Source of the DNA: Gaiellaceae bacterium
GTDB lineage: Bacteria > Actinomycetota > Thermoleophilia > Gaiellales > Gaiellaceae
Assembly: GCA_050697455.1 (NCBI GenBank)
Contig: JBOGZU010000011.1
Span: 2,278 to 66,277 of the forward strand
Reading direction: 5' to 3'
DNA length: 64,000 bases
Below, one piece after another: positions 47,890 through 54,917 of this stretch (position 1 is its first letter; every line of letters starts with the position of its first letter). A program made the position numbers and the translations under genes. The notes under the pieces were generated by a model. The model saw nothing but the letters and a program-made list of their open reading frames with translations. It had not been told where the DNA came from and searched no databases.

Positions 47890-47925
47890 AAAGAAAAGGC
47901 CCCGGCTGCGGCTCCGGGGCCCTTT
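47890..47925 (-). terminator. rho-independent terminator (minus strand)
   Basis: The minus-strand RNA is GGCCCCGG-AGCCGCAG-CCGGGGCC followed by UUUUCUUU. Confidence 0.6.
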
Positions 47926-48054
47926 CGGTGAGGCGCGCCCCTCTGTGGTGATTTCCGAGCGGCGGATCTGCGGCTGTCCCACCTCTCTTCGTGTCACCAG
48001 GAGTTCTGGCGCGCCCCTTGCAAGCCTCGGCCTGGCGTCCGGCCCGGTTGCAAT
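47890..48054 (-). ncRNA. candidate ~165-nt structured small RNA (family unknown)
   Basis: It is bounded by a near-consensus promoter (TTGACG-17-TATAGT) and a U-tract terminator. Internal pairing potential includes UUGCAA/UUGCAA, two GGGGCGCGCC copies, and CUCCUGGUGA/UCACCACAGAG. I found no plausible ORF. Confidence 0.45.
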
Positions 48055-48060
48055 GGGCTC

Positions 48061-48089
48061 ACTATAGGAGGACCTCGGAACGTCGTCAA
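48061..48089 (-). promoter_or_regulatory. sigma-70/SigA-type promoter for the sRNA candidate
   Basis: On the minus strand, TTGACG (48089..48084) is followed by a 17-nt spacer and TATAGT (48066..48061). Confidence 0.5.
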
Positions 48090-48127
48090 GTAGCTCGGTC
48101 AAGTGATTTTACCCCACGCTACTTGAC
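48085..48127. promoter_or_regulatory. 10-bp perfect inverted repeat GTCAAGTAGC-N23-GCTACTTGAC plus a third half-site (candidate operator of the XRE regulator)
   Basis: The arms are 48085..48094 and 48118..48127. The extra half-site GTCAAGTGA is at 48098..48106. Each arm contains a TTGAC -35-like element facing outward. Confidence 0.4.
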
Positions 48128-48194
48128 CAATTTTCCCCATGAACATGCCCAAACGAGGGATGTCCGGCGTGGACACCTTGCGCCGAAATGAAGC

Positions 48195-49562
48195 ATGCGC
48201 TTGACTATGCGGACACCCATGGCGCCGAAAGAGACCACGACCCGCACGAACCCCGCCGTCCCGGCGCTCCGCCTCGGCGAGCGCTTGCGGCAACTGCGTG
48301 CCGCGGCGGGGCTGACGCAGAGCGACCTCGCCGGCGACCGCTTCTCGAAGGAGTACGTCTCGCAGATCGAGCGCGGCAAGACGCGGCCGACGAGCGAGAC
48401 GATCGAATGGCTTGCCGCTCGGCTGGGCGTCGACGTGGGCTTCCTCGCGACGGGCGTCGCGTCCGACGAGCGGGGTCGGCTCGAGGGAGCGCTCGCCCGG
48501 GCCGAGGCGCTGTACGAGGCGAGTGAGGACGCCGAAGCCGCGCAGGAGTTCGCGCAGCTCGTCCCGGCGGCCCGCGCGACCGGCATCCCCGAGCTGCAGG
48601 TGCGGGCTCTCGTCGGCACCGGCCTGGCGAAGATGCGGGTCAGCGACCATCGCGCCGCGCTCGCGCTCTTCAATGAGGCGCGGGAGATCACCGAGGCAGG
48701 ATCGTTCTCTGACGTCGAGCGCGCCGATGTTCTGCTCCGGCTCGGCGCCTGCCGCTACCAGCTCAACAGCATTCAGTCGGCGCTCGGGCTTCTCAACGAG
48801 GGTCTGGCGCTCGCGGAGCGATCCGGCCTCCCGTGCGACGCGCTCAAGGCAGATCTCTTCTCCTGGCGCTCGCGGTGCTGGCGTCGCCAGCGCGACTACG
48901 AGGCGGCACGCGACGATGTCGAGCGCGCGCTCGAGCTCGCGCGCGGCGTCGACGACCTGCGCACGATCGGAGCTGCGTATTTCCAGGCATCGCTGGTCGC
49001 CGACCGCGAGGGGCATTGGGTTCTGGCCCGCACCTACGCGGAGCGCGCGCGCGAGGCGTACGCGCAGCTGTCCGACCGTGTCCACGTCGGCGAGCTCACG
49101 AACAATCTCGGCGGCCTCAACTTCCTGCTCGGCAACACCGACGACGCGATCGAACTGCTCAAGGAGGCGTTCGCCATCGCGCTCGAGACAGGTCGCGACT
49201 CCGATGCCGGTCGTGCCGTTTCCTCGCTCGCCCAGATCCATCTCCGCGTCGGCGATCTCGACGAGGCCGAGGAGCAGGCGCGCCATGCGCTGCGGCTCCT
49301 CGACGGTCGCGTCGACTACCTCGACGAGATCGGCAACGCCCAGCTGGTGCTCGGCCGCGCGCTCCTCGAGCAGGGAAGGCTCGACGACGCCGAGGCGACG
49401 TTCGCAGACGCCGAGCAGAGCTTCTCCCAGCTCGGCTCGGGAAGCCATCGGGCCGCAACCTGGGTCGCACGCGGCGATCTCGCCGCCCGCCGCGGGCACG
49501 ATCGAGAGGCAGCTGGGCTGTATCGCTCTGCCGCTGAGGCGTTGCAGGACGTCCGGTTCTAG
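48195..49562 (+). CDS. XRE-family HTH regulator with long TPR-like C-terminal domain
   Basis: The HTH is LGERLRQLRAAAGLTQSDLAGDRFSKEYVSQIERGKTRPTSETIEWLAARLGV. About 370 aa of repeated helical TPR-like units follow. The start could instead be 48207 or 48219. Confidence 0.85.
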   Translation: MRLTMRTPMAPKETTTRTNPAVPALRLGERLRQLRAAAGLTQSDLAGDRFSKEYVSQIERGKTRPTSETIEWLAARLGVDVGFLATGVASDERGRLEGALARAEALYEASEDAEAAQEFAQLVPAARATGIPELQVRALVGTGLAKMRVSDHRAALALFNEAREITEAGSFSDVERADVLLRLGACRYQLNSIQSALGLLNEGLALAERSGLPCDALKADLFSWRSRCWRRQRDYEAARDDVERALELARGVDDLRTIGAAYFQASLVADREGHWVLARTYAERAREAYAQLSDRVHVGELTNNLGGLNFLLGNTDDAIELLKEAFAIALETGRDSDAGRAVSSLAQIHLRVGDLDEAEEQARHALRLLDGRVDYLDEIGNAQLVLGRALLEQGRLDDAEATFADAEQSFSQLGSGSHRAATWVARGDLAARRGHDREAAGLYRSAAEALQDVRF

Positions 49563-49578
49563 GAAAGGAGGTGAGAAG

Positions 49579-49695
49579 GTGACAAAGCTGCGGTTTTTCC
49601 TCGCACTGAGTATCGCTTCGCTGTCCGCGTACATCCTCGCGCTCGCGTCTGTGGTTATCGGATACGGGATGAGCGACGGAGGCGGTTTCTACTAG
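49579..49695 (+). CDS. 38-codon micro-ORF encoding a signal-peptide-like hydrophobic peptide
   Basis: GGAGG at 49567..49571 lies 7 nt before the GTG. The peptide is VTKLRFFLALSIASLSAYILALASVVIGYGMSDGGGFY. It starts 16 nt after the regulator stop. A hairpin follows at 49731..49754. Confidence 0.5.
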   Translation: MTKLRFFLALSIASLSAYILALASVVIGYGMSDGGGFY

Positions 49696-49773
49696 GCCGT
49701 ACCTCGCAAGAGAGCAGGCCCACGGGTTGCGGCGGCCGCGTTTCCGAGGCCGCCAACGTGGGATGAAGAGACT

Positions 49774-51372
49774 GTGGGCTCACGTCTCGAGCGCGCGCGT
49801 CGCGCGCTGACTGTCGGGCGGGTCGCTCACCGGAGCGGGCTCCGCCGGATCCTCGCCGAGGTCGGCGTGGTCGGACACCGTGAGGCCAAGCGTGAGCGAG
49901 CGCGTGCCTTCCGCTGCGGCCTCGAGGAGCTCGGCACGACGTTCATCAAGCTCGGCCAGCTCCTCTCGTCTCGTCCTGACCTGCTGCCGGACGTCTACAT
50001 CGAGGAGCTGAGCCACCTCGTCGACGACGTGCCTCCCGTCCCGTTCGCGGAACTCGAGGCGGTCGTGCGGGAGGACTTCGGCGACGACGCGTTCGTCAGC
50101 CTCGACCCGGAGCCTCTCGCGACCGCATCCATCGCGCAGACCCATCGCGGCTTGCTTGTCACGGGGCATGACGTCGTGGTCAAGGTGCGAAGGCCGGGCG
50201 TTGTCGAGCAGGTCGATCTCGATCTCGCGCTCCTGCGCTCGACCGTCCGCTTCGTCTCGGGGCGCTCGGAGGCGGCGCAGCGCATGCAGCTGGAAGAGCT
50301 CGCCGACGAGCTCGAGGTGCATCTGCGAGCCGAGCTCGACTTCGTCGAGGAGGCACACAACACCGAGCTCGTTCGCCGGCTGGTCGAGGGAATCGAGGGA
50401 CTCGTCGTGCCGCAGGTGATCCGGCCTTACGTGAGCGAGCGGGCGCTCGTGCTCGAGCGGATCCCGGGGGGCAAGGTCACGCCCGACCACGGCCTCGCGC
50501 CGGAGCGGGCAACGGAGCTGGCGCGCGAGTTCTTCCGCGCCTACGTCTTCCAGGTCGTCGTCGAGGGCGTCTACCACGCCGATCCTCATGCGGGGAACGT
50601 GCTGCTCACCGACGACGGGCGGCTCGCGCTGCTCGACTTCGGTCTGCTCGGGCGGCTCGACGAGGAGACGCGCGCCAACCTCGGCCTTCTCCTGCTCGCG
50701 CTCGCTCACAACCGGGCGGACGACGTCGCCGACCTCGTGATCGCCCTCTCGCTGACAACACCGACCTCCGATCAAGCCGGCTTCGTGCAGGACGTCCGCC
50801 GCCTGCTGCCGCGCTTCCATTGGCGGCCGCTCGGAGCGATCCAGGCGGGCCAGGCTCTCGCCGAGTTGCAGAGGGCGGCGATCGACCGCGACATCCGCCT
50901 ACCGACATCCTTCGCCCTCGTCGGCAAGACACTCGCGCAGGCGGACTCGATTGCGCGGCTACTCGATCCGGAGCTCGATCCGGTGGCGCTGATCGAGGAG
51001 CAGGCGAGCGAGCTGCTGGTCCGCGAGGCTGAGCACCGGCTCGAGCCGAACCGACTGGTCGCGCAGGCGTTCACCCAGCTCGAGCCGCTCACACACCTGC
51101 CCAGGAGACTCAGCCATGTCGTCACCGAGCTCGAGCAAGGGACGTTCACGATCGGCATCGTCCCGACCGGGCTGGCCGAGCTCGAGCACAACCTCCGCTC
51201 GATCTCCAACCGCATCGGCGCTGCGATCATCGTCAGCGCGCTCCTCCTCGCCTCGTCCCTGCTCGTGCAAGTGCATGATTTCCGCTGGCTCGGCGTCGCG
51301 GGCTTCTGCCTGGCCGCGGTGTTCGGCGTCTACATGATCTGGAAGATCATCAGGACGCCAGGCGAGCTCTAG
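49774..51372 (+). CDS. ABC1/UbiB (AarF) family atypical kinase with C-terminal TM helices
   Basis: It contains LEELGTTFIKLGQLLSSRPDLLP, ASIAQTH, HADPHAGNVL and LLDFG. Confidence 0.9.
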   Translation: MGSRLERARRALTVGRVAHRSGLRRILAEVGVVGHREAKRERARAFRCGLEELGTTFIKLGQLLSSRPDLLPDVYIEELSHLVDDVPPVPFAELEAVVREDFGDDAFVSLDPEPLATASIAQTHRGLLVTGHDVVVKVRRPGVVEQVDLDLALLRSTVRFVSGRSEAAQRMQLEELADELEVHLRAELDFVEEAHNTELVRRLVEGIEGLVVPQVIRPYVSERALVLERIPGGKVTPDHGLAPERATELAREFFRAYVFQVVVEGVYHADPHAGNVLLTDDGRLALLDFGLLGRLDEETRANLGLLLLALAHNRADDVADLVIALSLTTPTSDQAGFVQDVRRLLPRFHWRPLGAIQAGQALAELQRAAIDRDIRLPTSFALVGKTLAQADSIARLLDPELDPVALIEEQASELLVREAEHRLEPNRLVAQAFTQLEPLTHLPRRLSHVVTELEQGTFTIGIVPTGLAELEHNLRSISNRIGAAIIVSALLLASSLLVQVHDFRWLGVAGFCLAAVFGVYMIWKIIRTPGEL

Positions 51373-52067
51373 GGAACGTCGCCGTTCGACGAGCCCATCC
51401 GTTCGATCACGACCTGGGGGATCCGCGCGGTGGGGCTGAGGCGCAGGCACATGCGGACGACCTCGGCGCAATCCTCCGGCCGGATCATCTCCTCGTGCTC
51501 GAGCCCCGACCACTGCGCCATCGGCGTGTCGACGAAGCCGGGGCAGATGGCGATCGAGCGGACGCCGTCCGCGTCGAGCTCGGCGTTGAGTGAGCGGGTG
51601 AGCGAGATGACTGCGGCCTTCGTCGCGCCGTATGTCGCGAGCCCGGGAGTCGGCAGCGTGCCGGCGATCGAGGCGAGATTGACGATCCAGCCACGCGATT
51701 CACGGAGGAGCGGGATGGCCGCCTGCGTAACGAGGAAGAGGCCGCGCAGGTTGATGTCGAGCTGGAGGTCGAGCTTCTTCAGATCGAGATCCTCGACCGT
51801 GCCGCCGATCCCGACGCCGGCGGAGTTGACGAGCACGTCGATTCGGCCGAACCGCTCGCGGTGCTCTGCGACCGCGCGTGCGCAGTCGTCCGGATCCGCG
51901 ACATTCGCGGCGATTGCAGCCGCCCCGAGCTCGGCCGCCGCGGCTTCGATCTTCTCCTGCTGGCGGGAGACGAGCGTCAGGTCGTAGCCCTCCTCGCGCA
52001 GGAGCCGCGCGATCGCGAGCCCGATTCCCGAGGAGCCGCCGGTGACGAGTGCCGCGCGATCTGCCAT
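51369..52067 (-). CDS. SDR family oxidoreductase
   Basis: An internal ATG gives MADRAALVTGGSSGIGLAIA (TGxxxGIG motif). NSAG and YGATKAA are also present. Confidence 0.85.
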   Translation of the reverse strand: MADRAALVTGGSSGIGLAIARLLREEGYDLTLVSRQQEKIEAAAAELGAAAIAANVADPDDCARAVAEHRERFGRIDVLVNSAGVGIGGTVEDLDLKKLDLQLDINLRGLFLVTQAAIPLLRESRGWIVNLASIAGTLPTPGLATYGATKAAVISLTRSLNAELDADGVRSIAICPGFVDTPMAQWSGLEHEEMIRPEDCAEVVRMCLRLSPTARIPQVVIERMGSSNGDVP

Positions 52068-52089
52068 TCCGCCGCCTACAGTAAACGGC

Positions 52090-53088
52090 GTGAAGACCGC
52101 AGGACTGACGAGCCTCAGCGTCGGCGGCGGCTGCGCTGCGAAGTACTCGGCGGCCCGGCTCGAGGAGTTGCTCAAGGGATTCGTGCCGGCGGAGGCGGAG
52201 GATCTCCTTGTCGGCCTCGACCCGGCCGACGACGCCGCGGTCTACAGGCTCGACGAGGAACGCGCGCTTGTCTTCACCGTCGACTTCTTCCCGCCGCTCG
52301 TCGACGATCCCGCGCTGTTCGGCCGCATCGCGGCGACGAACGCGCTGAACGACGTCTTCGCGATGGGAGGGACGCCGCTCCTCGCGCTCTCAATCGCGGC
52401 TTTCCCGGAGGAACTCCCGACCGAGGTGGTCGCCGCGGTCTTCGCCGGCGCCGAGGAGCAGGTGCGCGCCGCGGGCGCGATTCTCGCGGGCGGGCACACG
52501 ATTCGCGACGCCGAGCCGAAATACGGGCTCGCGGTCGTCGGCACCGTCCATCCGGACGCAGTCTGGGTCAAGAGCGGCGCGCGGCCCGGCGACGCCGTTT
52601 TCCTCACGAAGCCGCTCGGCACCGGCCTCGTTCTCGCCGCGAAGGGCGACATCGGGGAGGCGGCGCGGTGGATGACGACGCTGAACGACGCCGCGGCCGA
52701 CGTCCTGCGCGCCTTCTCGCCGCACGCCGTGACCGACGTCACGGGCTTCGGCCTTTTTGGGCACGCGCACGAGACCGCGGAGCGGAGTGGCGTGCAGCTC
52801 GTTCTCGAGTCGGCGTCGTTCCCCGCGCTCGCGGGTGCGCTCGAGGCGGCTCGAGCGGGGACTCGAACCGGCGGCGATCCGCGCAATCGTGAGTTCGCGC
52901 CGGTCGAAGAGGACGGCGTGCCGGAGGAGCTGCTCGCGCTCGGCTACGACGCCCAGACGGCGGGTGGACTGCTCGTGACGCTGCCGGCCGAGAAGTCGCT
53001 CTCCCTCGAGGCGGAGTTCGCGCGCTGCGATCTCTTCCTCGTGCGGGTGGGGTCGGTGGAGGAGGGAGGCGGCGTTGTCGTCCGTTAG
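52090..53088 (+). CDS. selD: selenide, water dikinase (selenophosphate synthetase), Cys-type
   Basis: The GTG start gives VKTAGLTSLSVGGGCAAKYSAARLEELL (E. coli: [20 protein letters not shown]). It contains DDAAVYRL...FTVDFFPPLVDDPALFGRIAATNALNDVFAMGGTPL and an AIR-synthase-like C-terminal domain. Confidence 0.9.
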   Translation: MKTAGLTSLSVGGGCAAKYSAARLEELLKGFVPAEAEDLLVGLDPADDAAVYRLDEERALVFTVDFFPPLVDDPALFGRIAATNALNDVFAMGGTPLLALSIAAFPEELPTEVVAAVFAGAEEQVRAAGAILAGGHTIRDAEPKYGLAVVGTVHPDAVWVKSGARPGDAVFLTKPLGTGLVLAAKGDIGEAARWMTTLNDAAADVLRAFSPHAVTDVTGFGLFGHAHETAERSGVQLVLESASFPALAGALEAARAGTRTGGDPRNREFAPVEEDGVPEELLALGYDAQTAGGLLVTLPAEKSLSLEAEFARCDLFLVRVGSVEEGGGVVVR

Positions 53089-54007
53089 CGTCGCGCACCG
53101 CCGTTTCGCCCTCGAGCTGTCGCCCGTTGCGTTCCGGAGGGTGGCGCGTGTCGCCGTCGGCATGCTCGTCCTGATCGTGGCGAGCGGGGCGACGGTCCGG
53201 CTAACCGGCTCGGGGCTCGGCTGTCCGTCGGTGACCGTGGACCTCTCCGCGTGCGTGAAGGCGTACGGGGCGCGGGGTTACCACGCAGACATCGAGTTCA
53301 TGAACCGCGTCGCCTCGGGCATCACGGTCTTGGTGGCGCTTGCGCTCGCCGCAGCCGCGTGGAGGACGGCGGGGCTCGGCCGCGGCACGAAGCTGCTCGC
53401 GACCGGAGCGTTCCTCGCCACGTTTGCGCAAGCGCCGCTCGGCGCGATCACGGTTCACTACCACCTGAACCCGTACCTCGTGATCTCGCATCTCTTGCTC
53501 GCCCTGCTCGCACTCGGCGTGGGCGTGCTCGTCCTCCTCGAAGCGAGCCGTTTCGTGGCGGGCGGCGGCAACGCTCTGCCCGCGCTCGCCCGCCTGGGCG
53601 GCGCAGCGCTGCTCGCGTCGGTGGTCGTGCTCGTCGTGTCGGGGACGGTGTCGACGGCTGCGGGCCGGTTCCCCGGCAGCTCGGGCTCGACGGTCGTGAG
53701 CAGGCTGTGGAACTTCCACTCTGCTGTGTATTGGCACGTCCGCGCGGTCGCCGTGTTCTGCGTCGTGCTCCTCGTGCTCGCAGCCTGGGCATGGCAGCGG
53801 CGCGACCGGTTCCCGTGGCTTCTGCGCGGCTGCTTCGGGCTACTCGCGCTCGTGCTCGTGCAGATGGCGATCGGCGAGCTTCAGTACCGCACCTACGGAA
53901 CGGTGCCGTGGCCGGTCATCGTGATCCACGTCACCCTCGCTGCGGCGTTGTTCGCCTCGGCGGTCGGCCTTGTGGCGCGGCTCTGGCGACCCGTAGGCGC
54001 GCACTAG
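53075..54007 (+). CDS. ctaA: haem A synthase (COX15/CtaA family)
   Basis: It is polytopic. It contains ...ATVRLTGSGLGCP... and conserved His residues in TM helices (HLLLALLAL, IHVTLAA). It overlaps selD by 14 nt. Confidence 0.8.
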   Translation: MSSVSVAHRRFALELSPVAFRRVARVAVGMLVLIVASGATVRLTGSGLGCPSVTVDLSACVKAYGARGYHADIEFMNRVASGITVLVALALAAAAWRTAGLGRGTKLLATGAFLATFAQAPLGAITVHYHLNPYLVISHLLLALLALGVGVLVLLEASRFVAGGGNALPALARLGGAALLASVVVLVVSGTVSTAAGRFPGSSGSTVVSRLWNFHSAVYWHVRAVAVFCVVLLVLAAWAWQRRDRFPWLLRGCFGLLALVLVQMAIGELQYRTYGTVPWPVIVIHVTLAAALFASAVGLVARLWRPVGAH

Positions 54008-54017
54008 ACTCCTGCGG

Positions 54018-54914
54018 ATGTCGGAGCTGATCGTCTCTTCGCGGCCCGACCTGCGCAGGCCGGTTCTCCTCGCGGCATTCCGGGGCTGGAACGACGGCGG
54101 TCAGGGCGCCACGCTCGGCGCCGGCTATCTCGCGCGGCAGTGGGGCGCCGAGGAGTTCGCGACGATCGACCCCGAGAATTTCTACGACTTCCAGGAGGTC
54201 CGACCCCAGGTCTTGCTCGAAGACGGGCTGACCCGGAAGCTCGAGTGGCCCTCGAACACCTTCCTCCACGCGCCGATTCCGGGCCTCGATCGGGACGCCG
54301 TGATCATGCTCGGCGTCGAGCCGAACCTCCGCTGGAAGACGTATTCGAATCTCGTCGTCGGATTCGTGCAGGAGCTCGGGATCGACCTCGTCGCGACCTT
54401 CGGCTCGCTGCTCGCCGATGTGCCGCACACGCGGCCGGCACCGGTGAGCGCAGCGGCGAGCGACCCGTCGCTCGTGGAGGAGATGGGCGTCGAGCCGTCC
54501 CGCTACGAAGGGCCGACCGGCATCCTCGGCGTCCTCCTCGACGATTGCCGGCACGCGAATGTTCCCGCGGTCAGCCTCTGGGCGGCCGTGCCGCACTACG
54601 TCTCGCTCGCGCCGAGCCCGCGCGCCGCGCTTGCACTCTGCCGCCGCTTCGGCGAGCTGCTCAACGTCGACATCGAGCTCGCCGAGCTTGAGACGGCGTC
54701 CGAGGAGTACAGCGAGCAGGTGACCGAGGCGGTCGCTTCCGACTCCGAGACGGCGTCGTACGTCGAGGAGCTCGAGCGGCGCGTCGACCTGATGGAGGCG
54801 GCGGAGGAGGCAGACCTTCCTTCCGGTGAGAGCCTCGCCGCCGAGCTGACCCGCTTCCTGCGCGAGCGCGAGCAGAACGGCGAGGACGAGAGCGCCGGCG
54901 GGCCGGCGAGCTAG
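54018..54914 (+). CDS. PAC2 (proteasome assembly chaperone 2-like) family protein
   Basis: It contains ...PVLLAAFRGWNDGGQGAT..., EPNLRW, YEGPTGILGVL, and an acidic C-terminal tail. Confidence 0.8.
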   Translation: MSELIVSSRPDLRRPVLLAAFRGWNDGGQGATLGAGYLARQWGAEEFATIDPENFYDFQEVRPQVLLEDGLTRKLEWPSNTFLHAPIPGLDRDAVIMLGVEPNLRWKTYSNLVVGFVQELGIDLVATFGSLLADVPHTRPAPVSAAASDPSLVEEMGVEPSRYEGPTGILGVLLDDCRHANVPAVSLWAAVPHYVSLAPSPRAALALCRRFGELLNVDIELAELETASEEYSEQVTEAVASDSETASYVEELERRVDLMEAAEEADLPSGESLAAELTRFLREREQNGEDESAGGPAS

Positions 54915-54917
54915 GGG

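Noticed and set aside
47890-48054. I considered whether the sRNA candidate is tRNA-Sec (selC), tmRNA, SRP RNA, RNase P RNA or 6S RNA.
   Set aside because: It has no T-loop (GGTTCGAnTCC) and no UCA anticodon loop. It lacks the SRP GGAA-tetraloop/AGCA motif, the RNase P GAGGAAAGUCC box and a tRNA-like 3' end. A 6S-like fold cannot be excluded by eye, so the family is left open.
52090-52160. I considered whether selD is itself a selenoprotein.
   Set aside because: The glycine-rich N-terminal motif reads GGGCAAK with a TGC Cys codon, and the gene contains no in-frame TGA.
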